Below the pieces are notes generated by a model. That model saw nothing but the letters and a program-made list of their open reading frames with translations. It ran no database searches and was not told where the DNA came from. DNA of 51,755 nucleotides from a virus (taxonomy: Duplodnaviria; Caudoviricetes), in the IMG/VR virus record IMGVR_UViG_3300042434_000548, positions 1 to 51,755 of that record; one strand, written 5' to 3'. Below, one piece after another: positions 9,273 through 17,179 of the stretch. Both the position numbers and the translations under genes were made by a program. Each line of letters opens with the position of its first letter. Position 1 is the first letter of the stretch.

Positions 9273-10046
9273 GTGCCTTACTTCACGCAGAACAGGGAAA
9301 TGCGCCGTGATGGTGTGTGGAACTTTACGCTTCCGGCGTGGGTAGTTGAGTTACCAGACGGTTCGCATTTTAACGTGTGCCCTAATGCGGGTGCGTGCGC
9401 GAAGTTCTGCTACGCCCGTAACGGAACATATCTGTTCCCCAAGGTGCGCGGTAAGCATCTGTCTAATCTGCTGCTTGTGCGTGATAACCCTGATTGGGTG
9501 AACATCCTCATGGATGAGTTACGGCATAAGCGATTCACGCAGACGGGTGTGCCGCGAGTGATACCGGGGCTAGACGACACCGGGCACCTGTCCCCGTGGG
9601 CGAAGCATTGGCTCATGGTGGGTGGGGCGGCTGTGCGTATCCATGACTCCGGGGACTTTTTCTCCCGCGACTACCTGAACGGGTGGAGGCAAATCGCGAA
9701 GCGCAACCCGCACATCCTGTTCTATGCGTACACGAAAGAGGTCGCGATGGTGAAGGATGCGGGACTGAACCCGGCAAGTAACTTCCTTACCTGTTACAGC
9801 ATGGGTGGGCGGCAGGATCATCTGATTGACAGGGCCACGGATAGGCACGCAGATGTGTTCCCTGACGAACAGGCGTTAACGGATGCGGGTTATTTCAGTC
9901 AGCACGCGAGCGACCTGCTGTGTGTTCTCGCTCCTAGCAACCGCATCGGCATCCCACAAAACAACATCCCCCACTTCCGTAAGGGTCTAGCGGGTCGCAC
10001 GTTCTCGCAGGCGCAACAGGACCGGGCACGGGTAGTGGTGGCATAG
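9273..10046 (+). CDS. GP88-family protein (mycobacteriophage gene 88-like, probable Fe-S)
   Basis: FTLPA, CPNAGACAKFCYA, RIHDSGDFFS, FYAYTK motifs. Confidence 0.8.
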   Translation: MPYFTQNREMRRDGVWNFTLPAWVVELPDGSHFNVCPNAGACAKFCYARNGTYLFPKVRGKHLSNLLLVRDNPDWVNILMDELRHKRFTQTGVPRVIPGLDDTGHLSPWAKHWLMVGGAAVRIHDSGDFFSRDYLNGWRQIAKRNPHILFYAYTKEVAMVKDAGLNPASNFLTCYSMGGRQDHLIDRATDRHADVFPDEQALTDAGYFSQHASDLLCVLAPSNRIGIPQNNIPHFRKGLAGRTFSQAQQDRARVVVA

Positions 10047-10324
10047 TGGCGATAAAGGCAGCACGCATCCGGCTCATAGAACAAGCCGCCTGCCGGGAAG
10101 CAGACCCCTATATTTTCAACTTCACAGACGGACCATTCGTGTTCATGGCTCTGCGCTACTGCGACCGATGCCCGGTAGTGCGAGAGTGCGACGAATTCGT
10201 GCGCCCACGGAAATCCTTTTACGACGGTGTAGCGGCAGGCAAGGCGTGGCGTAACGGTGAGCGTGTAGAACCTGACAGCGATGGGCGTAGAATCCCCACC
10301 GCTCGCGGTAAACTAACAGAATGA
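10046..10324 (+). CDS. whiB: WhiB-family transcription factor
   Basis: AACREADP..F...ALRYCDRCPVVRECD...GVAAG: four Cys plus a variant of the GVWGG turn. Confidence 0.85.
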   Translation: MAIKAARIRLIEQAACREADPYIFNFTDGPFVFMALRYCDRCPVVRECDEFVRPRKSFYDGVAAGKAWRNGERVEPDSDGRRIPTARGKLTE

Positions 10325-10452
10325 TGAGTCCCCTCACGGCTTACGCGGTGTCAGTCCACGAACTGTACCTAGCGTTTCGTGAGGCAGGATTCACGGAGGC
10401 TCAGGCAATTTTTCTGACAGCGCAGAGGATGAACGCAGATGCCAAACGATAA
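10321..10452 (+). CDS. Small hypothetical protein (43 aa; not in ORF track)
   Basis: MMSPLTAYAVSVHELYLAFREAGFTEAQAIFLTAQRMNADAKR; ATGA coupling; GFTExQA motif common in phage small proteins. Confidence 0.7.
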   Translation: MMSPLTAYAVSVHELYLAFREAGFTEAQAIFLTAQRMNADAKR

Positions 10453-11713
10453 CGTCGGGTCGCATAAGGATGAGTTCATCGAACTAGGGTCTAGTGGTCT
10501 GCGCCGATCCGGTGGAACCATTACGGAAGAGTTCCTTGCGAACCTGCAAGGCGTCAAGGGCTTTAAGGTCTACCGTGAAATGCGGGACAACGATCCCGTT
10601 ATCGGGGCGATGCTGTACGCCATTGACAAGGTGATTACCCGCCTTGAGTGGCATGTGGAAGGTGACGACGAACGTACTGCCGTGTTCGTGCAAGAGTGCC
10701 TAGATGATATGTCGGACTCGTGGGATGCGACGCTACAGAACATCCTGTCGATGCTTGTTTACGGATGGTCTTTCCACGAGATCGTGTACAAAATCCGGGG
10801 CGGGTTAACGGATGATCCGCGCACGAACTCGCGGTTTAAGGATCACCGCATCGGGTGGCGCAAGTGGCCCGTGCGCGCGCAGGAGACTTTGCAAGAGTGG
10901 ATGATTGACGAGCGTGGCGGTATTCAGGGGATGGTGCAGATCGACCCGTCCGGTGGCGGGTTGCACCGTATCCCTATCGAAAAGGCGTTGCTGTTCCGCA
11001 CGACGACGAACCGCAATAACCCTGAGGGCTATTCGCTGCTGCGTAACGCATACCGTCCGTGGTTCTACAAACGGCGTATCGAAGAGATCGAAGCGGTCGG
11101 CATTGAGCGTGACCTAGCAGGTTTGCCTATGGCGTTTGTGCCACCTGAGTATTTGATGAACACGGCGAACCCCGCGCAAAAGGCTGTGCTGCAAGCGATC
11201 ACGGATATCGTGCAGAACGTTAAGCGCAACGAGCAAGAGGGCATCGTTTTCCCCGCCGCTTACGATGAGCAAGGTAACCGGGTGTTCGATCTGCAACTGC
11301 TGTCCGCTAGCGGGGGTAGGCAGTTCGACACGGGTGCCGTTATTCAGCGTTACGATCAGCGCATTGCTATGTCGCTGCTGTCTGACTTCCTGCTGCTAGG
11401 TAGTGACCGGGTTGGGTCGTTCGCGTTGGGTACGGCGAAGATTGACCTATGGACCCTCGCAGTAGACAGCATCGCTAAGACCATCGCGGAGGTCGTGAAC
11501 CAGTACGCGATCCCCCGCCTGCTAACGCTTAATGCGATGCGTACCGATAAGTTGCCTTATCTCACTTACGGTCAGGTCAGTAGCGTGGAACTGAGCGACG
11601 TTGCCGATTACGTTTCGAAACTGGTCGGGGTGGGTGCGATCATGCCTGACCCGCAGTTGGAAGAGCATTTGCGCCAGTTGGGTGATCTTCCTGATTCGCA
11701 GCCTCTCGTTTAG
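10439..11713 (+). CDS. Portal protein (DUF935/Mu gp29-like)
   Basis: YREMRDNDPVI, YGWSFHEIVY, NPEGYSLLRNAYRPW, GIERDLAGLP, GSFALG. Confidence 0.9.
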   Translation: MPNDNVGSHKDEFIELGSSGLRRSGGTITEEFLANLQGVKGFKVYREMRDNDPVIGAMLYAIDKVITRLEWHVEGDDERTAVFVQECLDDMSDSWDATLQNILSMLVYGWSFHEIVYKIRGGLTDDPRTNSRFKDHRIGWRKWPVRAQETLQEWMIDERGGIQGMVQIDPSGGGLHRIPIEKALLFRTTTNRNNPEGYSLLRNAYRPWFYKRRIEEIEAVGIERDLAGLPMAFVPPEYLMNTANPAQKAVLQAITDIVQNVKRNEQEGIVFPAAYDEQGNRVFDLQLLSASGGRQFDTGAVIQRYDQRIAMSLLSDFLLLGSDRVGSFALGTAKIDLWTLAVDSIAKTIAEVVNQYAIPRLLTLNAMRTDKLPYLTYGQVSSVELSDVADYVSKLVGVGAIMPDPQLEEHLRQLGDLPDSQPLV

Positions 11714-11722
11714 GCTGTTGCC

Positions 11723-13489
11723 GTGTTGCGGTTTAAGGCGCGTCGCCGTCAGTCGCCTGCGCTGAAACCTCAGGGCGAGTTGACCGCGAGTGAACGTCGC
11801 GTTATTCGCTTGTTGGATGAGGCGATGCAGGCTGTCGCGCGGCAGGCTCAGTCGCAGTTGACGCGTATCGCTGACGCTGTAGCGCATAAGCCGGAAGGTG
11901 CTGTGGCTGATCTTGTCACGGTGGACCCGTGGTATGAGTTGCAGCGCGCGTTGGAAGCGGAGTTGCTTGCGGAAGCGTTGGATGCGGGTTCGCGGGTGCA
12001 GTTGCCTGCTGTGCAAAAGGCGACGCTGAATTTCGCGTTTGACCGGGACCGTCCTGAGTCGGCGGCGTGGGCGCGCACGGAGTCAGCGAATCTCGTGCGG
12101 GAGATCACGGAGGGTCAGCGGCAGACGATCCGTGACGTTATCGTGTTTGGGCAGGAACAGGGGTTGTCCCCGCAGGATACGGCGCGGAGGATTCAGCAGA
12201 GCGTTGGGCTAACCAGTCAGCAGGCAGGTTGGGTGTCGAACTTCCACAGCCGTCAGGTATCGCAGGGGCTCGCTGCGGGGATGACGCTGGAACAGGCTAT
12301 GGCAGCCGCTAACGGTCCCACGGGGAAGTACCAGCAGCAGATACACCGCTACCGTTCTATGACGATTGCGCGTACTGAGATCATGCGCGCGAACAGTCAA
12401 GGCAGGCAGGCGGCGTGGGATCAGGGATTGACCGGGGGTTGGATCAGTCCCACATCGAAAAAGGAATGGATTGCGGAGTCTGACGCGTGCGATATCTGTA
12501 TGCCTTTTAACGGGACGCGTGTGGATGTTAAGGGGCAGTTCCCCATCGGTGAGCCTCCCGCGCACCCGAACTGCCGTTGCGATGTGCTGCTGATTCCTGA
12601 CCCGGTGCCTGCTGATCTTGCGGGTATGTCGGGTGCTGAGTTGGATTCGCTGATTGGTGATTTGTTGTCGGGTGATTTGTTGCCGACTGTTCCGACTCCG
12701 GGTGCGCAGCCGTTGCCGTCTGTGCAGTTGCCGTCTGTCGCGCCGACTAACGCCGCACGGCATGGGTTCGACTATTTCGCCGCTGACGAGTACGCGTACT
12801 TCATTGACAAGGTGGACCGTTACAAAAAGGCGGGAAGTAGTAACCCGGAGGACACGATCCTTAAATCCATGCTCAAGGATCAAGGGTTTGACGCGAAGCC
12901 CACGCTTGTTGACGATGCGGCGTTCGATGCGTTGCGCGACGATGACGCCTATACCTACATGGGGCGTGGCTTGTCTAACGATGAGTCCGTTAACGTGGAG
13001 TGGTTCGCGGAGAACTTTAAAGACGGTGAACTGTTCGCGGGTCGCGGCATCTTTGGTAACGGCACCTACATGACGCCAGACGAGGAAGTCATGCAATGGT
13101 TCTCCCGTTACGCCGCTGACGGTTCGCCCCGCGCTCACGGCACGATTGTGGATTCGTTGCTTAAGCCTGACGCGAAGGTGATTGACTATGACGACGCGTA
13201 CAGGATGATGCAGGAAGCGACGCCGTATTCGGAGCGCAAAAAGTATTTCGATGCGACAGGGCATGGCTACACGGCACCGAATAAAAAAACAGATGATCGT
13301 CTGTATGGGCTCATGGACGTAGGGCGATGGGCAGTAGCAAACGGATACGACGCAATCCGAATCCCAAACCCGGTGATCGGGGGAAGCCCCATCGAAGCCA
13401 CCTACTACAATGTGTTAAACCGGGGCGCTCTCGTTGTCAGGCGCACAACGAGGGACCGCGACCCCGCATACAACGACGTAGGCAAATAA
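11723..13489 (+). CDS. MuF-like minor head protein with C-terminal toxin-like (ADP-ribosyltransferase-like) extension
   Basis: TIARTEIMRA, KEW...CDIC...PPAHPNCRC MuF motifs; Pro-rich linker; C-terminal RG...GIFGNGTY...GYDAI...VLNR domain. Confidence 0.85.
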   Translation: MLRFKARRRQSPALKPQGELTASERRVIRLLDEAMQAVARQAQSQLTRIADAVAHKPEGAVADLVTVDPWYELQRALEAELLAEALDAGSRVQLPAVQKATLNFAFDRDRPESAAWARTESANLVREITEGQRQTIRDVIVFGQEQGLSPQDTARRIQQSVGLTSQQAGWVSNFHSRQVSQGLAAGMTLEQAMAAANGPTGKYQQQIHRYRSMTIARTEIMRANSQGRQAAWDQGLTGGWISPTSKKEWIAESDACDICMPFNGTRVDVKGQFPIGEPPAHPNCRCDVLLIPDPVPADLAGMSGAELDSLIGDLLSGDLLPTVPTPGAQPLPSVQLPSVAPTNAARHGFDYFAADEYAYFIDKVDRYKKAGSSNPEDTILKSMLKDQGFDAKPTLVDDAAFDALRDDDAYTYMGRGLSNDESVNVEWFAENFKDGELFAGRGIFGNGTYMTPDEEVMQWFSRYAADGSPRAHGTIVDSLLKPDAKVIDYDDAYRMMQEATPYSERKKYFDATGHGYTAPNKKTDDRLYGLMDVGRWAVANGYDAIRIPNPVIGGSPIEATYYNVLNRGALVVRRTTRDRDPAYNDVGK

Positions 13490-13500
13490 AGGGGTAACAA

Positions 13501-13731
13501 ATGGACAGGATTATTAAGTTCGCGCAGTTGGATGCAGCCGTGGGGCGCATCAAAGATTGGCTAAACATCGAAGTGCAGGAACAGATCATTACGGCGGCGC
13601 GTGAAGCGGGGTCGATAGATCGGATGCCTGAGCCGTACAGGTCGTGGCTTTCGATGGAGTTTGACCAGTTGCCGCCTGAGGTTCTGGAAGTTAACTACGG
13701 GGATGTTGTTGCTGCGCGGGAAATGGAGTGA
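13501..13731 (+). CDS. Small acidic protein, candidate immunity protein
   Basis: AAGGGG RBS; immediately downstream of the MuF extension. Confidence 0.6.
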   Translation: MDRIIKFAQLDAAVGRIKDWLNIEVQEQIITAAREAGSIDRMPEPYRSWLSMEFDQLPPEVLEVNYGDVVAAREME

Positions 13732-13758
13732 CCCGCCCTCCGGGGAAGTGAGGACGGG
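13732..13758. terminator. Hairpin between convergent genes
   Basis: CCCGCCCTC-N9-GAGGACGGG (fully paired with one G-U on the minus strand). Confidence 0.5.
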
Positions 13759-13779
13759 CCAAACCAGACTAGGGCGCGG

Positions 13780-14076
13780 TCAGTCGTCGTCGTAATCCTC
13801 ATAGTGGACCCAACCGCTGTCATCCCCGAACAGTCGCGTTAGCACTTTGCTGATTGCCTTGCTCTCACGCTGCGTTACCGGGGTCATGCTCACATCGTGC
13901 AGGTCGTTAACTTGCTCGCCGTACCAGTACCAGTAGCGTCCCGCCATATCGCGCAACCGCTTCATGCTGATCTGTGATGGGCGTGCCCCGTCGCGTAGCA
14001 GGTTCAGGATCGCGGCGTGTGTGTGTACGGCGTCGGGGTTCATGGTGATGTGCAGGGTGATGGTCGTGCCGCTCAT
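13780..14076 (-). CDS. Hypothetical protein (island A)
   Basis: Start MSGTTITL with ATGA coupling. Confidence 0.65.
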   Translation of the reverse strand: MSGTTITLHITMNPDAVHTHAAILNLLRDGARPSQISMKRLRDMAGRYWYWYGEQVNDLHDVSMTPVTQRESKAISKVLTRLFGDDSGWVHYEDYDDD

Positions 14077-14225
14077 GGGATGTGCCCCTGAACTCTCGCA
14101 GACTCTAGGCAAGCAGCGCAGGTGACTGAACTAGGGAATCCTGTGATGGTGGCGGGGTCTTTCATTCCGGTGAGTCCGCAGTAGGTTGCCCATCCCGGTC
14201 CCCCAATCAGGTGCCGCGCGGTCAT
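14073..14225 (-). CDS. Small Zn-binding hypothetical (50 aa; not in track)
   Basis: MTARHLIGGPGWATYCG...VTCAACLE; GGAGG RBS; ATGA coupled at both ends. Confidence 0.7.
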   Translation of the reverse strand: MTARHLIGGPGWATYCGLTGMKDPATITGFPSSVTCAACLESARVQGHIP

Positions 14226-14425
14226 CGTGTTACCTCCGCGTACTGCTGCAACAGCGCAAGGCTGACGGTGTGTGACGGGGCACTAGCGCGGTCTGTATCT
14301 ATCCTGTAGTAGACGGTTCCCCGCACGACACGGGTAACGGTTGCGTACTGTACGCAATTGGCCCGGCGACCCATGCGCCATTTTGGGAGGGTGAAGCGGG
14401 TGCCGCGCTTGATCGTGGCGGTCAT
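14222..14425 (-). CDS. Hypothetical protein (SH3-like beta fold possible)
   Basis: Coupled ORF ending EVTR*. Confidence 0.7.
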   Translation of the reverse strand: MTATIKRGTRFTLPKWRMGRRANCVQYATVTRVVRGTVYYRIDTDRASAPSHTVSLALLQQYAEVTR

Positions 14426-14583
14426 GCCGTCACCGCCTTAAACGCGTTGTCAGGTGTGTGAGCGCAGTAGCCGTAGGCGTGATCGCAGGAAGCGTGCATG
14501 AGTTGCGCCGGGGTCTTACCTTCCAATGACGCCAGGTATTCGTTAACGAGTCTGTCCCATTCCGGGGTGCCGACGCTACTCAT
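14422..14583 (-). CDS. Small hypothetical (53 aa; not in track)
   Basis: MSSVGTPEWDRLVNEYL...KAVTA*; flanked by 17-bp direct repeats. Confidence 0.7.
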   Translation of the reverse strand: MSSVGTPEWDRLVNEYLASLEGKTPAQLMHASCDHAYGYCAHTPDNAFKAVTA

Positions 14584-14885
14584 GCCGTCACCGCCTCTCC
14601 GAATTCGTAGGACCGGAAAGCGTGGGCGCGGTACGCGAGTTCGCCTACCTGATCGCAGTAGACGTTAGTGATCTCGCCTTTGATCCATCGCTTGCCTGCG
14701 CGGTTAAAGACGCGGCGCACGGTGTAGGTGTCTGTTCCCTCGCTGTAGTCGATTTCGACGGTGTAGCCGCTGGCGACGGGTAGAACGAGTGTGCCGTCTG
14801 TGAGTCGGACGCGACCGCCGCTGATCGCGAAGATGGTCATGCGACCAATCTGTTCGGTGAGTGTGGCGGCTTGTTCGGTGTTCAT
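14580..14885 (-). CDS. Hypothetical protein
   Basis: QIGRMTIFAISGG...DTYTV...VYCDQ; GAGGGG RBS; own promoter. Confidence 0.8.
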   Translation of the reverse strand: MNTEQAATLTEQIGRMTIFAISGGRVRLTDGTLVLPVASGYTVEIDYSEGTDTYTVRRVFNRAGKRWIKGEITNVYCDQVGELAYRAHAFRSYEFGEAVTA

Positions 14886-14927
14886 TGTGGTTCCCCTCTG
14901 TTTGGCCCCGTGGGGCGTGATGGTTTG

Positions 14928-14956
14928 AGTGTAGCAGGTTCAGGCTGTCGTGGGAA
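14928..14956 (-). promoter_or_regulatory. Promoter with palindromic operator, copy 1
   Basis: TTCCCA-cgACAGCCTGAACCTGC-TACACT (17-bp spacer). Confidence 0.75.
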
Positions 14957-15347
14957 GTGGGTTAAGCATCGGACCCGGCTCAATATCCTCCCGAACCAGA
15001 CTGTCCGAATAGATCGAATCGCGGGTCACCGGGTCAGCGAAGCACTCATAGAACAGGTGATCGTTAAGCAGTTCACTCATCCGGTCCAACCAATCGTCAA
15101 GGCTGCCCTTCCACGGTGCCGCCGCTGACGGGTCAAACTGCCGCATCGTCCCATCCCGCACCATCGAATCCGACAGGTCATCGGACAGCACGAACAGGCT
15201 GCCCCAATGCTCCCTGCCGGGGTAGGTCAGCCCCGTGACCCGCACTAGCCCCCAACCGCGCATGGAGGACGAGAACTCTGTGGCGTTTATGCAGCACATG
15301 CCGCGTGCCTCTTGTGGGTCTTTGTAAGCCTTGCCGCGTCTAGCCAT
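14940..15347 (-). CDS. Hypothetical protein
   Basis: TAATG coupling; 135-aa ORF. Confidence 0.65.
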   Translation of the reverse strand: MARRGKAYKDPQEARGMCCINATEFSSSMRGWGLVRVTGLTYPGREHWGSLFVLSDDLSDSMVRDGTMRQFDPSAAAPWKGSLDDWLDRMSELLNDHLFYECFADPVTRDSIYSDSLVREDIEPGPMLNPLPTTA

Positions 15348-15508
15348 TAGATCGCCCCCTGGTAGCAGTTAGCGCATAGCGCGCGCCCGTCATCACTCAC
15401 GGTAGTAGCGATCCCCGGACACCCCTCACACGAGGGACAGGCGCAGCAGAGCCCCGTATCTTCCGCGTCCCACTCTTGACTCTTCCCGCAGTTATGGCAC
15501 TCACTCAT
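15347..15508 (-). CDS. Cys-rich small protein (53 aa; not in track)
   Basis: MSECHNCG...CCACPSCEGC...CANCY; coupled at both ends. Confidence 0.7.
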   Translation of the reverse strand: MSECHNCGKSQEWDAEDTGLCCACPSCEGCPGIATTVSDDGRALCANCYQGAI

Positions 15509-15663
15509 CGCGTGACCTCATAGGAATCCGTGGGCCAGTCGCCCCGCTGCACCATCTGCCACACGCCGTAGGGCATGTAGTACCAGCGCATGTAGCCGCT
15601 GTCTGTCGTGTAGGCGCGAACATAGGTGCGGTCGCCTGCTTTGATGGTCTGGAAAAAGTTCAT
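15505..15663 (-). CDS. Small hypothetical (52 aa; not in track)
   Basis: MNFFQTIKAGDRTYVRAY...EVTR*; ATGA coupled. Confidence 0.7.
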   Translation of the reverse strand: MNFFQTIKAGDRTYVRAYTTDSGYMRWYYMPYGVWQMVQRGDWPTDSYEVTR

Positions 15664-15995
15664 GCTGTCACCCCCAAAGCCTCGCAGCGGTACCCCATCG
15701 GAACGTTAGCGCCACAATCCGGCCCAACCATCCAAACCCCCATGTAACCCATATCGTTGCCCTCTGCCGCTGCCTCATCGTCGGGGTGGATCAGTCCGGT
15801 GCCACCCAACCCCAACAGGAGCGTGATGCCCTTGTTGTCGCGGGTCTTACGACCGCACACGATGCAGCAGTTGTGTTCCTCTGCGTTGGGGCTGTTGTGG
15901 TATTCGTCGGAGAACGCGGTGCGTCCGGGCTTCAGGTAGTCGTTGAGTTCCAAGATGGGGTGTGTCGCCCATTCGGTAACGGTCGTGGTTGTCAT
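15660..15995 (-). CDS. Zn-binding hypothetical, paralog of 42287-42637
   Basis: CIVCGR...GGTGLIHPDD...MG.W.VGPDC...VP. Confidence 0.75.
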   Translation of the reverse strand: MTTTTVTEWATHPILELNDYLKPGRTAFSDEYHNSPNAEEHNCCIVCGRKTRDNKGITLLLGLGGTGLIHPDDEAAAEGNDMGYMGVWMVGPDCGANVPMGYRCEALGVTA

Positions 15996-16279
15996 GCCGT
16001 GACTCCGTTCTCATCGAACTGCGCCCGAACCACCGTGACGACTGAATCGACGGTCTTTCCTTGACGCAGAATGTCGCGCCCGAAACCCTCACGGTCGATG
16101 ACGGATGCAACCCATCCTGCCCACTTGCCGTAGGCGTAACGCTCATGGATGGAAAGCCACTTGCTGTCGCCTAGCGCGATTTCGATGAACTCGCTTCCGC
16201 TCTGACCCCGGCGGCTGATTTCTGTCGGGATGCCTGCGGCTGCTAGTCCGTCTTGGAGCATGTTCCAGCGCGTCCTCAT
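15992..16279 (-). CDS. Hypothetical protein flanked by 33-bp direct repeats
   Basis: Coupled ORF ending AQFDENGVTA*. Confidence 0.75.
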   Translation of the reverse strand: MRTRWNMLQDGLAAAGIPTEISRRGQSGSEFIEIALGDSKWLSIHERYAYGKWAGWVASVIDREGFGRDILRQGKTVDSVVTVVRAQFDENGVTA

Positions 16280-16308
16280 GCCGTCACCCCGTTCTCATCG
16301 AACTGCGC
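15992..16308. repeat. 33-bp direct repeat pair (15992-16024 and 16276-16308)
   Basis: TCATGCCGT(G/C)AC(T/C)CCGTTCTCATCGAACTGCGC, 31/33 identical. Confidence 0.9.
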
Positions 16309-16428
16309 GTACACGATGGACGCCGCGTACTGCTGCACATCGCCGCGAATGTTCTCGCGGCTAGTGCCGTACAACTCTTCCCACTTTGCGGGGTCGATCT
16401 CTACTGTGAATGAGATTCGCACCTTCAT
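16276..16428 (-). CDS. Small hypothetical (50 aa; not in track)
   Basis: MKVRISFTVEIDPAKWEELYG...AQFDENGVTA*; AGGGGG RBS; first gene after the promoter. Confidence 0.75.
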   Translation of the reverse strand: MKVRISFTVEIDPAKWEELYGTSRENIRGDVQQYAASIVYAQFDENGVTA

Positions 16429-16471
16429 TGTGTTACCCCCTGTTCGGTGGCCCGGTGTTGGGCACAGCCCT

Positions 16472-16500
16472 AGTTAAGCAGGTTCAGGCTGTACATGCAA
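16472..16500 (-). promoter_or_regulatory. Promoter with operator, copy 2
   Basis: TTGCAT-gtACAGCCTGAACCTGC-TTAACT. Confidence 0.75.
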
Positions 16501-16557
16501 GCAGGAACCGCCAACTATTTTCCGAATCGGACATTTTGGGACATTGCCTGTTTGGGC

Positions 16558-16586
16558 TTGCACCTACAGCGTCAGGCTGCTTTACT
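16558..16586 (+). promoter_or_regulatory. Promoter with operator, copy 3 (leaderless)
   Basis: TTGCAC-ctACAGCGTCAGGCTGC-TTTACT-N6-ATG(16593). Confidence 0.75.
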
Positions 16587-16592
16587 TGAGCC

Positions 16593-16946
16593 ATGACAAC
16601 GACAGCAGCGAAACTCACGGTCTGGAAAGTCGAAGATCACGAGGGCACGGGCGAGTGCAGCGAGTGCGGCAAGACCGGGCTGCGTTGGGTCACCTTCCTT
16701 AGCGACGGTTCCCGCGTCGGCGGCGAGTGCGCAAAGCGCATCCTGGGATGGGCACCCACGAAGTCGAAGTTCTCGTGGCTGACGGGCATGACCGTTGTTG
16801 ACGAAAAGGCGATCCACAATGGCACGGGTCACGCGGTGCTAATGCGGTCAGAGTCAGGGCGCACCGGGGTCATGGCGGTTAACGGCAACGCGATTGTTTC
16901 CGGCCCGTTTGAGTGGGTCGCGAAGCAGTTCGCTAACGAATACTAG
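16593..16946 (+). CDS. Zn-binding hypothetical protein
   Basis: CSECGK...VGGECAKR; leaderless start. Confidence 0.75.
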   Translation: MTTTAAKLTVWKVEDHEGTGECSECGKTGLRWVTFLSDGSRVGGECAKRILGWAPTKSKFSWLTGMTVVDEKAIHNGTGHAVLMRSESGRTGVMAVNGNAIVSGPFEWVAKQFANEY

Positions 16947-16957
16947 GAGGGGACGGC

Positions 16958-17143
16958 ATGAACAGGTGGCGCAAGATGGGCAAGGCATGGAGACTCAGCG
17001 ACGACTATTCGACGCTTTGGATTCGCCGCGTCGAAGGGCGGGAGTACCACCTGCTGCATCGCACTCGCGATGGGTGGGCGACGTTGGGGGTTCACGGCAC
17101 GCTGACAGCGGCACAGGCTGACGGCAACGCGCTCATGCGGTGA
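16958..17143 (+). CDS. Hypothetical protein
   Basis: AGGAGG RBS, GACGGCATGA junction. Confidence 0.7.
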   Translation: MNRWRKMGKAWRLSDDYSTLWIRRVEGREYHLLHRTRDGWATLGVHGTLTAAQADGNALMR

Positions 17144-17167
17144 CAGCACCGCGAGCATTATCGCCCG

Positions 17168-17179
17168 TACAATGGGCGA
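17168..17179 (+). promoter_or_regulatory. Leaderless -10 promoter (TACAAT-N6-ATG)
   Basis: TACAAT 17168-17173, 6 nt, ATG 17180. Confidence 0.65.

Noticed and set aside
14422-16308. Repeats as a CRISPR array or integron attC sites
   Set aside because: Spacing is irregular and gene-sized, the repeats encode RBS/stop/start, they are not palindromic, and no cas or integron integrase is present.
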